A DNA stretch of 64,000 nt from assembly GCF_004010195.1 (NCBI RefSeq), contig NC_057750.1, forward strand, positions 9,744,062 to 9,808,061. Direction: 5' to 3'. Position numbers and translations under genes: made by a program. Positions 12,181 through 24,883 of this stretch are shown one piece after another. The number at the start of each line of letters is the position of its first letter. Within the stretch, counting starts at the first letter, position 1. This DNA is from Chiloscyllium plagiosum. Taxonomy: Eukaryota. Below the pieces are notes generated by a model. It was not told the DNA's origin. It worked only from the letters and a program-made list of their open reading frames with translations, and searched no databases.

Positions 12181-12845
12181 GGCGGCACTGTGGTTAGCAC
12201 TGCTGCCTCACAGTGCCAGGGATTTTTGTTAGATTAGATTACTTACAGTGTGGAAACAGGCCCTTCAGCCCAACAAGTCCACACCGACCCGTCGAAGCGC
12301 AACCCACCCAGACCCATTCCCCTACACCTAACACTACGGGCAATTTAGCATGGCCAATTCACCTAACCTACACATTTTTGGACTGTGGGAGGAAACCCAC
12401 ACAGACACGGGGAGAATGTGCAAACTCCACACAGTCAGTCGCCTGAGGTGAGAATTGAACCCGGGTCTCTGGCGCTGTGAGGCAGCAGTGCTAACCACTG
12501 CGCCACCGTGCTGCCCATAAATCGCCTGCTCCGATTCCTGCCTCGGGCGACTGTCTGCGTAGAGTTCGCACATTCTCTCGTGTTTGTGTGGGTTTCCTCC
12601 CACAGTCCAAAGATGTGCAGGTTAGGGTGGATTGGCCATGCTAAATTCCCCATAGTGCCCAGGGATGTGCAGGTTAGGGTGCATTGGCCATGCTAAATTA
12701 CCCATAGTGTTCAGGGTTGAGTAGGTTAGGTGCATTAGTCAGGGGTAAATATAGGGAAATGGGTCTGGGTGGGTTGCTTTTCGGAGGGTCAGCGTAGACT
12801 TGTTGGGCTGAAGGGCCTGTTTCCACACTGTAGGGATTCAATGAA
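12181..12845. mobile_element. HE1 (+) interrupted by a full HE1 (-) at about 12228-12517
   Basis: The plus-strand head stops at gccaggga and resumes at cgattcctgcctcgggcg after the minus-strand copy. Confidence 0.85.
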
Positions 12846-14149
12846 TTAAAAAGTTTCAAACTGCCTGAATTGATACGTAATCAGTTTCTGATTAATCTCT
12901 TAAAGGAATGGTCTTCCATGCATGTCAACTATTTCCGAACTGCTTCTCTGGGACGTTAAGACATTATGGACCTTTCCATCGAATGTACCTTCCTTCTGTT
13001 TTTCCATTACATTTCATGACTTTCTGCTGAGGTATACTTTAAGGTAGTTTCAATTTTCAGTCATTTCACACAAGAACCTAAAAACAGAATGATCTGGCCT
13101 CATTGTTCTGTATGAAGCATTTTGTAGAATTCTAGTTAATAAGAGTGTTTATAATAGTGACGATTGGCAGAACAGAGTTGATTAAAAATAGCAAGAACAA
13201 GAAAATGTGGCATAGAGTCATGCAGCACGGAAACAGACCCTTCAGCCCAACTCATCCATGCCGACCAGATATCCTAAATCAATCGAGTCCCCCATTTGCC
13301 AGCACGTGGCCCATATCCCTCTAACCCCTTCCTGTTCATGTACCCCTCCAAATGCCTTTTAAATGTTGGAATTGTACCAGCATCCACCACTTTCTCAATA
13401 CATGCACGAAAATGTTACCTTGCATACAACCTAAAAACTTAAACAGAAATTACAAAGTAGCTAACATTTAGCATCTCTAATAAAATGGCCATGAAGTCAA
13501 TGCACGAGGACAATCAGTGTGTCAAAGATGGGGGAACAGGATACAATTAAAAACCACAGATTAAAACCTGTCCAAATGTCTCTTACAACATTTAAAAAGA
13601 TATTTGGACAGCTACATGGATAGGAAGGGTTTAGAGGGAAATGGGCCAAATGGGAACCTGGTCAGCATGGACATGTTGGGCCGAAGGGCCTGTTTCCATG
13701 CTGAATGACTGTGTGACTCCCTAACTTTATTCTGTATTTTTGAGTTTGAGAAATCAAAAAACCTACAGATCAACTGTTTGCAGAACTTAATTCTAACCCA
13801 AGGATATTTAACGTAATTCAGGAGATCATGATTGTTTCTATCTACAACAATACAAACTAAAATTAAATTTGCACAGGGCCTGACTGCTCTTCCAAAACAA
13901 AAACATGTCTGACTAACTTCTCTCTCGATTGATGATGTTTTGTTTTTAATGTTGTAGCGGTTTAGTGTTCCTGGAGTTTATTCAATCCAGAGAGGCATTG
14001 TAGCATTCCCTTTAGCAAACTCACAACCTCACTTGTCCATTACAGGACAGTCAGTCGGTCACTATGCCTTTAGGTCAATTACAATTAAGCTGAATAACAG
14101 AAACAATTGTTATAATTGCATTATCTGTCCAACACTGAACTGAAACTAA

Positions 14150-14712
14150 TGATAAGTCGCGTTGAAGTTGTATCGGACATTGGTGAGGCCTCTTCTGGAA
14201 TACTGTGTCGGTTCTGGTCACCTAGTTATAGGAAGAATATTATTCAGTTGAAGAGGGTTCAGAAGAGATTAACCAGGATGTTATGGAAGGTTTGAGATAT
14301 AAAGATAGGCTGGGACTTTTTTTTTCCTGGAACATAGGAGGCTGAGAGGCGACCTGATAGAAGTTTATAAAATGAAGAGGGGTATAGTTAGAGTTAATGG
14401 TAGTTGTCTTTTCCCTAGGGTGAGGGATTACAAGATTTGGGGACACTTTTTTAAGGTGAGAGGAGAAAGATTTCAAGAAGACATGAGCAAATTTTTTTAC
14501 ACAGAGAGTTGTGTGAAATGAACTTCCTGAGGAAGTGGTGAATGCGGGTACAGTTACAACATTTAAAAGACATTAGGATAAGGACATGAATAGGAAAAGT
14601 TTAGAGGCATATGGGCCAGGAGCAGGCAGGTGGGACTAGTTTAGTTTGGGAACATGTGAGGCACGGACTGGTTGGAGTGAAGGGTCTGTTTCCACGCTCT
14701 GTGATTCTATGA
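14150..14712 (+). mobile_element. CR1/HER1-type LINE 3' fragment
   Basis: ttggtgaggcctcttctggaatactgtgt.. through gtgattctatga. Confidence 0.85.
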
Positions 14713-15339
14713 ACAACATCCCTGCAGGTCACTTCTGAACAGCAATCAATGATAGTGGTCACCTCACTGAGATCAACTTTAATAAATCCAGATTTATTAA
14801 ATAAATGCAAATGTCACCACTTACCCTGGTGGGATTTGAACCCATATCAGCAGAAGATTAGCCTGTACCCACTGGAATCCAGTGATATGATAAGTACACC
14901 TTAACAGTGAGGAAACCGTTGGATTTAGAACACAGAACTTGGAACAATACAGCACAGAACAGGCCCTTCAGCCCTCGATGTTGCGCCGACCTGTGGACTT
15001 TTCTCAGCCTGTCCCCCTACACTATCCCCCTACATTTCAGGATCTCAAACCATCCTTAAGCATGCAATGAAAAACTTTTTTGACACGTAGACATTAATGT
15101 AGTGGTGCGACAAATTAGCTCAAGACTTCCCAGCCTGGCCTTTTTGCACTTTGCCCCCCGCCCCTCTCGGAAAATGGACGCTGGTGTTCAGCAAAATTGG
15201 CAACCCGTTTGGAATAACTCCGCGAAGGCTGGTATCTACCCGTGAATGCGACACTGACGCAGCTCCCTCAGAGTGCTCCCAGAGTGACCAGAAATCCTGA
15301 CACTCCTGTCTTATTTTTGCTGTGCATGCATTGTGTCAC

Positions 15340-16300
15340 AGTGTTTTAAAAAAACACTACAGCGTTAACATTTTACTCCACCACCAGCAAAGCACTCCTG
15401 TGGCTAGTGAACCATGAACAAGAGGGACCTAACAAATGAAGGGGCAGCGTAGGAGTTAAATCAAAATGGAGTTGGAAGAGGGTAATAAAACACTCTACCC
15501 CACCCACCCGCGCAATGCCCATCTCTCCCCCCTAACGGCATCGAGAGTGTTGGTGGGCACTGTGGTCCTCCCTCTCCAGGAATGCCCAGGCTCAAACATT
15601 ACCAGCACGGTGGCTCAGTGGTTAGCACTGCTGCCTCACAGTGCCAGGGACCCAGGTTCGATTCCAGCCTCGGGCGACTGACTGTGTGGAGTTTGCACAT
15701 TCTCCCCGTGTCTGCGTGGGTTTCCTCCGGGTGCTCCGGTTTCCTCCCACAATCCAAAGATGTGCAGGTCAGGGTGGATTGGCCACGCTAAATTGCACCA
15801 TAGTGTTCATGGATGTGTAGGTTATGTGCATGAGTTAGGGGGAAATGTTGAGGAATGGGTCTGGATGGGATACTCTTCGCAGGATCGGTGTGGACTTGTT
15901 GGGCTGAAGGGCCTGTTTCCACACTGTAGGGATTCGAGAACCACGAGGGGGCAGGAGGTTGGCCATAATAACCCACTCCAATGCCTGGATCTGAGTATTA
16001 CAGGCCTGAGCAGACCCATGAGGAGATCCTCTGGCCTACCTTTGCCCCTCGGGTGCCAAAGACCAGGAGCGTGGGGCTGAAGTGCAACTGAGAACATAAT
16101 GGAGGGTTTTCCAAAAAGGGAGTGCAAGCCCCCACAACCGATACACATGGTCCATGGACTCCAGACGCAGTTGGGGACACTCATATCTGTCAGCCAGGGC
16201 TCCCAGATTGACAGGCCCAACCTCGGAACTCCTGAAGTCCACCTGATTGACCTAGTTCCAATCACGACAGTGTTAATGAGTGGTGTTGGGTTGATTAAGA
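15340..16300 (-). mobile_element. Tx1-like LINE fragment interrupted by HE1 (+) at 15604-15935
   Basis: Frameshifted C-terminal zinc-knuckle region (..ESMDHVY..GCGGLHSLF..HFSPTLLVFG..GRPEDLLMGLL); 15455-15590 matches 11440-11550. Confidence 0.7.
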
Positions 16301-16319
16301 GGACGTCTCCTCTCTGATC

Positions 16320-16410
16320 CTGAATTCACCTGAGAGGACAGATGTGAGTTTAACATCTCCCCCGAAACAGAACACCCCGTCCGACAGTGCAGCGCTGTCA
16401 GTGTGGACAT
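16320..16410 (-). mobile_element. Ancient DeuSINE-like (SacSINE1/AmnSINE-type) fragment; related 3' remnants at about 35265-35390 and 42815-42970
   Basis: Reverse complement gctgcactgtcggacggggtgttctgtttcgggggagatgttaaac resembles the recalled Deu-SINE body; the other remnants carry tttgtgggatcttgctgtgc and ataaatgcaa tail motifs. Confidence 0.45.
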
Positions 16411-17477
16411 TGTTGTGCACCGTTGTTCTGAAGGGAAAACGATGATGCACAACTCACAGGGGAGACCGCAACTCGTTAAGCCTCAGTGGAGACCAAAGGA
16501 CTTACATCAGCAACAAACCAATGACCCCAGCTCCAACAAAGGGTCAGCACAGATTCCATCTCCATGAATGAGTTCCCGGTTTCCTCACAGTAAGTTACTG
16601 TAATGAGAATGAAAAGGAGGAACATTTACCCACATTGGAATAGTTTTATCGGATCTAGCTAATTAGTCACGGCACAAATGGCACGCTCCACAGGTTCTAT
16701 TTGTTCACGGGAAATGAGCATCACTAGCTAGGTCAGTAGTTCATCGATGTTTCATGGGATCATACAGTACACAAGAGGCCCTTCTGCCCATTGAGTCCAT
16801 ACTGCCAAACTTACACAATCAAGTCCCACTTGTCCCACAGCCTGGAAGATTATGACATTTTCAAGAGCTCATCCGAATTCACGTGTTGCCTACGAGGTAG
16901 TGAACTGCAGCTGTCCACATGCATTTTTCAAGATGGCAGTGGAGTGGGCGGAGTCCAGGCTCCTGTGGCAGGAGGCTTGTCCACACCCTCCACTTTTCTG
17001 TTCCTCATCTCATCTTCTTTTCTCGTTTTTCTTTTTGGTGCTTCCACATACCTTCAGGGGAGAGTTTAGTGTCAACGAGGAGAGCGGGTAAGAAGGGTTT
17101 GTCAGGGCCCAGAGCATGGCACCCAAGGGTGAGCCTGGCAGAGGGTGGTGAGGAGGCGGCTGATGGAGGGTGGGGGAGGGTCTAGCACGGGAGCTGGTAT
17201 CAGCCGCTACGTCGGGCAGATGTGAGGTTGGTGAAAGATAGCACCTGAGCATCAGTGGCTTTGGCGTTGGTTGGGTCTGGTGTGGGCAGTGGTGGACAGG
17301 ATGTGGACTTGACACTGAGGTATTGACTGTACAGCTCTGCTCTCTTCACTGGGTTGACCTTGTTGTATTTACAATGCAACCTTAATGTGCTCAGTGCATT
17401 AATACTGATCTATCTATTGCACAGACTTACTGGGCTCACTGGATTGACATTAATGTGTTCACTTTACAGCTTGTTAA

Positions 17478-17955
17478 ACTGGAGCAGGTCCAGAAAAGAT
17501 TTACTGGGATGTTGCCAGGGTTGGAGGGTTTGAGCTATAGGGAGAGGCTGTGACTTTTGTCCATGGAGCGTTGGAGGTTGAGGGGCGACCTTGTAGAGGT
17601 TTATAAAATCATGAGGGGTATTGGATAGGACAAATAGACAAAGTCTTTTCCCTGAGGTGGGGGAGTCCTAAACCACAGGGCATAGGTTTAGGGTGAGAGA
17701 GGAAAGATATAAAAGGGACCCAAGGGGCACCTTTTTCACACAGAGGGTGGTGCGTGTATGGAATGAGCTGCCAGAGGAAGTGGTGGAGGCTGGTACAATT
17801 ACAGCATTTAAAAGGTATCTGGATGGGTACATGAAAAGGAAGGCTTTGGAGGGATATGGGCCAAGTGCTGGCAAATGGGACTAGATTAGATTAGAATATC
17901 TGGTCAGCACTGACGAGTTGCACCGAAGGGTCAGTTTCCATGCCATATGTCTCTA
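17478..17955 (+). mobile_element. CR1/HER1-type LINE 3' fragment
   Basis: FFTQRVVRVWNELPEEVVEAGTITAFKRYLD motif. Confidence 0.9.
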
Positions 17956-17995
17956 AGTTGGCCATATAGTAGGCATCTGATAAAGTAGCCCTTTC

Positions 17996-18023
17996 CTGAA
18001 GAAGGGTTTATGCCCGAAACGTC
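17996..18023 (+). ncRNA. Minimal type-I hammerhead ribozyme core in a PLE terminal repeat (element 17982-18118)
   Basis: CUGAAGA-A-GGGU(UUAU)GCCC-GAAA-C-GUC; the element is flanked by a 20-bp TSD ccatatagtagg(c/t)atctgat (17962-17981, 18119-18138). Confidence 0.65.
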
Positions 18024-18989
18024 GATTCTCCTGTTCCTTGGATGCTGCCTGACCAGCTGCGCTTTTCCAGCAACACATTTTCAGCTCTGATCTCCAGCAT
18101 TTGCAGTCCTCACTTTCTCCATATAGTAGGTATCTGATTGCAACCCAAATGGAAAGTGTGAGATGCATTTTTTGTGTGTAGTTCTCTCACTCTGATCCAT
18201 CTCTCAGGAGTGTTGCTCTCACTCGCGCTGGGGGAACAGTTTAAAAGCCGCACGAGAAGATGGCAGCTTCTTGAACTGGACCCGTCCATGCCCATCCAGA
18301 GCCAAGTCGCTCTCAAGATGGTCCCAGTACTGAACCTGATGACACCAACACAGGAAAGGCACAATATTCCAATTCCTATGGGTTGGGCAGAGGGGGGGTT
18401 GGGAGGGGGTTCACATGGGACAGAATCAGTGGCAATTGTGGCAAGGCCCATTCTCAATGCCAGGACTGACTCTTGCCATCTTTCATACTTTCCCCCAGAA
18501 ACCGTGGCATCGGTGAGATGCCAATTGATGGGGATTAACACTGGTTAAACACTTCAGCCTCCAGTCACACTCGCCAGGGGAGCTAGTTGGCGAAACAATA
18601 CGATAGGGTAACAGGCAGCGGTCAAATGGTAAACTAAATCCACTCTTGGCTCCAGACAGCCTCCATGTTGGAAACTGGGGTGCCAACATCTCAGGCCATG
18701 CTCCCCAGGCACTGACCGCATACACACCTTACATTCCACAGACACTGGCACTGCCAACCACCAAGAATCCTCACGGCACCTCTGCCATCCACTTACAGAG
18801 CACTCCAAAGTAGCACGAGCAACTCTCACTGTCTCCACTCAGTGACAGGACCAGGCCGTATCTCCAAGCTCTCTGTCAAAGTGCCCACACTCTCTCTCTC
18901 TAACCTACTTGCATTGCTCCCAGCAGCTCTGATCTTGCCCGCTCAGCCAGAGAGGCCAGGTCGACATTACTACTTGTCCCAATTAATCG

Positions 18990-19400
18990 TAAGGTGCAAG
19001 GAGAGGCCATTCAGCCCAGCAAGTCTGCTCCGATCCTACAAAGAGTATGCCAACCAGACCCACTCCCCCAGCCCATCCCTGTGATGGGTTACAGGCTTAC
19101 TCTCCATCGAGTTTTCCCCACAGCTAACCCACCTATTCTGCACATCCCTGGACCCTGGGGGACAATTTAGCACGGCCAATCCACCCTAACCTGCACACTG
19201 TGGGCAATTTAGCATGGTCAATCCACCCTAACTTGCACATCTTTGGATTGTGGGATGAAACCGGAGCACCCAGAGGAAACCCACGCAGACACGGGGAGAA
19301 CGTGCAAACTCTACACACACAGTCGCCCGAGGCTGGATTCGAAGCCAGGTCCCTAGCATTGTGAGGCAGCAGTGCTAACCACTGAACCACCATGCTGCCC
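18990..19400 (-). mobile_element. HE1 SINE with duplicated central unit
   Basis: Reverse-complement head, V-domain and two central 53-bp-type units. Confidence 0.85.
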
Positions 19401-20499
19401 AGGAATGACTGGCATAGCAAGTCAAGGGCATGGCTCTGCTCAGGACGGTCAAAGTAAGGGTCCTTTCCTAATCAGGGGCAAGGAGATGGAGGATGGGCAC
19501 CAGACTTGACTCTTCCTGACACAGTGGGGGCTTGTTTCCTCCTGGCTATCAGAGGAGCAGAAAGCTCTCTGAAAAACACAACTCAAATTTGGCTAAAAAT
19601 AAGGGAAACTGAGGTGTCTTTGGGAGGGAGGATGGGACGAGCAGAAAAAGATCAGTGATTGGAGGCTAAGGGAGGATAAATAACAAAATGGTCATCATGT
19701 GCCAGCCAAAAAGGCAGCTAATGGAACATTGTTTCATCTTATTCATGGGATGTGAGTGTCACTGGCCAGGCCAATATTTATTATCCACCCCTGTATCTTT
19801 GCCTTTTAGAGAGTTTGCCTTTAAGGACTCTACGATGCTGTGACTCTGCCTGCCTGTTGTTCTGTCATGGGTCACAAACTGCACACACAGCAATCAGTCA
19901 CTTTGCAGTCATGTCTGCTTCCTGGCTTGCAATATGTTTTACTGTTTTAAATGGTGTTAATCAATCCCCGATGAACAGTCAATTATTAGACCATTAATCA
20001 TCAACATGACTGCAAAGAAATAAAGGCTGTGTCCAAATTGAACCGTAAAAACCATCTGAAGAGCTAAGAGATGTTTGTTTCTTGGTGATGTCCATTACTA
20101 TTCCTTCTGGCTGTTGCATGATGAAATCTTTTATGATTTAATCTCCCCTGTCTTCCACCTATTTGTAGCCCTCTATCTTTATCCATCTCCTTTATTCTCC
20201 CCCCACCACCTCCTGTTGACAATCCTCAACATCCTGAGCAGGAATTGATAACAATTACAATAAATCTCTTTTGCCACTGAACATTTCATCTGTTATACAG
20301 TTCAGTAAACTCTGTGATTAATTTAAGCTGCCTGTGACAGGATCTATTAGATCTTTTCGTATTCACAAGGTAAATAAATCCCACTTTATATAATCCCGGA
20401 CTTTCTTCCTGGTAGAGTCTCAGTCACATCGTTCCTTCCTGCGGTAAAAGTCAACGCAGGCTTAACTGTGTTTGAGTTTAAATTCATTCCAGGACCAGG

Positions 20500-21290
20500 C
20501 ACTCACAGTCTAAGGACATGGGGTACGCCAAATGACTGAGATGAGGAGAAATGTCTTCACCCAGAGAGTGGGGGGCCTGTGGAACTTTAGGTCAGAATAT
20601 TGAACCATTTCAAGAAGGAGTTGGATATAACTCTCAGGGCCAAAGGGTGAAAACAGGAACAGGGGACAGAGCTGGATGATAAGCCGTGATCATATTGGAT
20701 GGTGGAGCAGGCTCGAAGGGCAGAATGGCCTGCTCCTGTTTTCTACATATTACATCAAGACATAAGGACTCGGAGCAGGAGTAGGCCGTCTGGCCCTTCG
20801 GGCCTGCCCCGCCATTCAATAAGATCACGGCTGATCTTTCTCGTGGACTCAGCTCCACTTACCTGCCCACTCACCATAACCCTTAATCCCTTTACTGTTC
20901 AAAAATCTATCTTTGCCTTAAAAACATTCAAAGAGGAAGCGAGCCTGCCCCGCCATTCAATAAGATCACGGCTGATCTTTCTCGTGGACTCAGCTCCACT
21001 TACCTGCCCACTCACCATACCCTTAATTCCTTTACTGTTCAAAAATCTATCTTTGCCTTAAAAACATTCAAAGAGGAAGCCTCAACTGCTTCACTGGGCG
21101 GGCAATTCCAGATTCACAACCCTCTGGGTGAAGAAGTTCCCCCTCAGCTCAGTCCGAAATCTGCTTCCCCCTTATTTTGAGGCTCTGCCCCCTAGTTCTA
21201 TTTCACCCCCCCCAGTGGAAACAATCCCCCTGCTTCTATCTCATCTATTCCCTTCATAATTTTACATGTTTCTAAAGCATTCCCCCCCCA
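20500..21290. mobile_element. Two tail-to-tail CR1-type 3' fragments (+ 20500-20745, - 20755-21290)
   Basis: tcttcacccagagagtgg on the plus strand; ccctctgggtgaagaagttcc for the opposite copy. Confidence 0.8.
20799..21080. repeat. 141-bp tandem duplication (about 3 differences), possible assembly artefact
   Basis: 20799-20939 is repeated from 20940. Confidence 0.85.
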
Positions 21291-21954
21291 TTCATCTACA
21301 ACACCCATCACCTCTGCCAATGCTAGCATTTAGTACCCATCTCTGACCAACCCTAGAAGATATTATTGCAGTTGCCAACTGTAAGTATATTCCTGGAGGA
21401 GTCATCACATGACACACATACCCCTCTAGCCATTGGTCAGCTCAAACATCCATCCGTGTGACCCATTGCCCTCCTACACCAATTAGAAAGCAAAAAAGAC
21501 TCATTACCTGATTGGCTGATGGTCAAGCGTCAACCAATCTGCTTTATTACCTTTCCCTGATATTTCAATATATCGACATCTGGTAAAGAGAAATGGTCAA
21601 AGAAAATGACAAAATAAAATGTTGGTGTTTTGTTTTTAGTGTCCCTGTGATTTATCTCCCGGGTCGCACAGAGCAGGGGTCAGGAGGTTAATCCTCCCTT
21701 TCTGAAAGACTTCAGGCTGATCCCACCGGGAGCTGTCAATCCCAAGTGTTGGGGGGCATTCTTCTGGAAGATTTGAGTGAATCCCTCGAGCAGGGGAGGG
21801 GGCCATATCAGATGGCAGTGAAGCAACAGAGACATTTCTGTGGGACTGTAGGAATGGCTGCTTTTCTTCCTTAAATGATGCAATTCAAACTTCCCATGGG
21901 TAGCTGACAGGATGATGGGGCAGCCAACCCACTATCACCGACTTATGGTCCCCA

Positions 21955-22940
21955 TTACCAGTTTTTCTTTCACCCTGGCACGTCATCTCTCATTCTCTTG
22001 GTGTTTCTTTCCTGGCAATGTCTCGGGCTGGTCTCCCAATGGTACACGGCAGTCCCTCGGCCTAGTGTGGCGGTCTCTCAGCCCGATTTCTTGGCCTAGT
22101 GTGGTGGTCTCTCAGCCTAGTGTGGCAGTCTCTTAACCTAGTTACCAGTTTTTCTTTCACCCTGGCACGTCATCTCTCATTCTCTTGGTGTTTCTTTCCT
22201 GGCAATGTCTCGGGCTGGTCTCTCAATGGTACACGGCAGTCCCTCGGCCTAGTGTGGTGGTCTCTCAGCCTAGTGTGGCAGTCTCTTAACCTAGTGTGGC
22301 AGTCTCTTAGTCTAGTGCGGCAGTCTCTCAGCCTGGTCTCTTGGCCTGCCAAGGCAGTCTTTCGGCCTGGGTCACTCTGCAGCCTGTGGCAGTCGCTCAG
22401 CCTGGTCTCTGGGCCTAGTGTGGTGATCTCTCGGCCTGGTCCCTCGGCCTGGTGTGGCAGTACCTCGGCGTGTGAGAGTGGGTCCTTCCCGGGCGTGTTG
22501 CAAAGGCACTGTGGGAGGATCGGAGAGGCGGCAGCAGCAGGGATGACATCACAACCCAACGTGGGAAGAGTGAGTGGTGAGGGAGCACTCCAGTTGTCCA
22601 TGGCAACGTCAGGATCAGGCTGGTGAGGGCAGGATAAGTGGAGGACTCATCAAAGACCATTGAACCTGAACTAGAAACATAAAGGAATAAAGTTAATATG
22701 AAGAAGGATTTTAATGTTAGCTATTACCTTTTTCCTTTATTATTCTACTTTTTTCTCTGAAGGTAATGCTTACTTTTTTAACTTTGTTTCTCTTTCTATT
22801 TTCTATTTTCTTTCTATTACCTTCTACTTCCTACCCTGGTACCTTTCTACCTAAGATGGTGCCACATGTGACAACATTGTACACCTTTCACTGTACTCCT
22901 GTAATTGAGTACGTGACAATGAAATGCCAATCTAAACTCG
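21955..22940 (+). mobile_element. Unnamed element with internal 17-bp repeats and a Rex1-like 3' tail; 5' part tandemly duplicated (21955-22141 / 22142-22294)
   Basis: (gcctagtgtggyrgtctctca)n; 3' tttcactgtactc..gagtacgtgacaatgaaa. Confidence 0.6.
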
Positions 22941-23084
22941 AAATCCATCATCCATCCCTTTAGTCTCCCTAAATGTCGTTTTCTCTCTGTCTCTCTGGGC
23001 TCCGTCCCCATCTGCCCACTCCTTCGTTTTCCCCCTGTCTTCAGCAGAGACAACACAACTTCCCAGTTACTGAACAAGGGTGGG

Positions 23085-23392
23085 TGGCACAGTGGCACAG
23101 TGGTTAGCACTGCTGCCTCACAGCGCCGGAGACCCGGGTTCAATTCCCGCCTCAGGCGACTGACTGTGTGTAGTTTGCACGTTCTCCCCGTGTCTGCGTG
23201 GGTTTCCTCCGGGTGCTCCGGTTTCCTCCCACAGTCCAAAGATGTGCGGGGGTCAGGTGAATTGGCCAGGCTAAATTGCCCCTAGTGTTAGGTAAGGGGT
23301 AAATGTAGGGGTGGGTTGCGCTTTGGCGGGTTGGTGTGGACTTGTTGGGCCGAAGGGCCTGTTTCCACACTGTAAGTAATCTAATCTAAAAA
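23085..23392 (+). mobile_element. Young HE1 SINE
   Basis: CpG-intact head (cagcgccggagacccgggttcaattcccgcc) and (aatct)n tail. Confidence 0.92.
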
Positions 23393-23661
23393 AAAGGGTC
23401 ACTGGATTCAACTTTTTAACCCTACCTTCTCTCTACTGAGACAGGCAGTTTCTCTGGCACTTTTTGTTTCTGTTTCTGATTTCCAGTTCTGTTTTCATTT
23501 ACTCTTTTCCATGTTTGTAAGGCTTCTATTGTAACTGACAGACCAGAAATATTCTTGAAGAAACATTATTTTTGAAGGCAACTTTTAAGTTCAACTTCAG
23601 AACAGAAATTCCCCATTTTTTTAAGAGAACATAGAACAGTACAGCACAGTACAGGCCCTTC

Positions 23662-23937
23662 GGCCCTCAATGTTGTGCTGGCATTTTATCCTACTCTAAG
23701 ATCAAACTAACTTTTACTTTTTATTGCAACTGATAACCCATCTCAGGGGTATATTTCTACTACCATTTGGACTGGCATGGTGGCTCAGTGGTTAGCACTG
23801 GCCCTCAATGTTGTGCTGGCATTTTATCCTACTCTAAGATCAAACTAACTTTTACTTTTTATTGCAACTGATAACCCATCTCAGGGGTATATTTCTACTA
23901 CTGTTTGGACTGGCATGGTGGCTCAGTGGTTAGCACT
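23662..23937. repeat. 138-bp tandem duplication (2 differences) including an HE1 head; HE1 continues to about 24220
   Basis: 23662-23799 is repeated at 23800-23937 (taccattt vs tactgttt). Confidence 0.85.
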
Positions 23938-24414
23938 GCTGCCTCACAGCGCCAGGGACCCGGGTTCTATTCCAGCCTCGGGCGACTGACTGTGTGGAGT
24001 TTGTACATTCTCCCCGTGTCTGTGTGGGTTTGCTCTGGTTCCCTCCCACAATCCAAAGATGTGCAGGTCAGGGTGGATTGGTCATGCTAAATTGCCCTGT
24101 TGTGTGCAGGCTGGGTGGGTTAGCCATAGGGAAAGCAGGGTTAAGTTGGGGTGCTCTTTAGAGGGTCAGTCTAGACTTGGTGGGCTGAATGGCCTGCTTC
24201 CACAGTGTAGAAATCCTAAGTGTATTTGTTTCGCCACCTTGCTTTTAACCTTTAAAGGCACTGCTTAAAAGTTGACCTTCAGATTAAAGTTTTTTATTGT
24301 TTTATTTTTGTGGTTTGTGTTCAACAAAAATATATATTTTGTTATGTTTAGGTGCATACAATTTGTTGCTCTACCAGCTGTGTACTATATACACCTCATC
24401 CTGAATGTTCTGAC

Positions 24415-24745
24415 AAATTAGAATCCCCACAATGTGGAAACAGGCCCTTCATCCCAACAACTTCAGAAGAGTAACTCACCCAGACCCATTCCTCTACTCT
24501 ATATTTACCCCTGACTAATGCACCCAGCCTGCACATCCCTGAACATTATGGGGCAATTTAGCACGGCCAATCCACACTAACCTGCACATCTTTGGACTGT
24601 GAGAGAAAACCGGAGCACCCGGAGGAAACCCACGCAGACACGGGGAGAATGTGCAAACTCCACACACACAGTCGCCCGAGGCTGGAATTGAAACTGGGTC
24701 CCTGGCGCAGTGAGGCAGCAGTGCTAACCCACTGAGCCACCCATG
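24415..24745 (-). mobile_element. HE1 SINE
   Basis: Full reverse-complement copy. Confidence 0.9.
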
Positions 24746-24869
24746 TCACCCTATCTGGCAGGTTAGGGATGAAAAGGGACATGCGGGGAAGGGGCCAAAG
24801 TCAGGAGACAAATGGGGAAATCTCAGAGAAGGTAATAAGGTGTTTAACCAGTCGCTAGGCATGCAGTCA

Positions 24870-24883
24870 CCACCAGATGGCAG
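24870..24883 (+). promoter_or_regulatory. Candidate CTCF binding site
   Basis: CCACCAGATGGCAG matches the CTCF core consensus CCASYAGRKGGCRS at every position and lies in non-repeat sequence. Confidence 0.55.

Noticed and set aside
12989..13078. Exon-like segment on the minus strand (tttttag|G..GAAG|gtacat)
   Set aside because: Stops in all three frames and no linked exons; it cannot be supported without RNA data.
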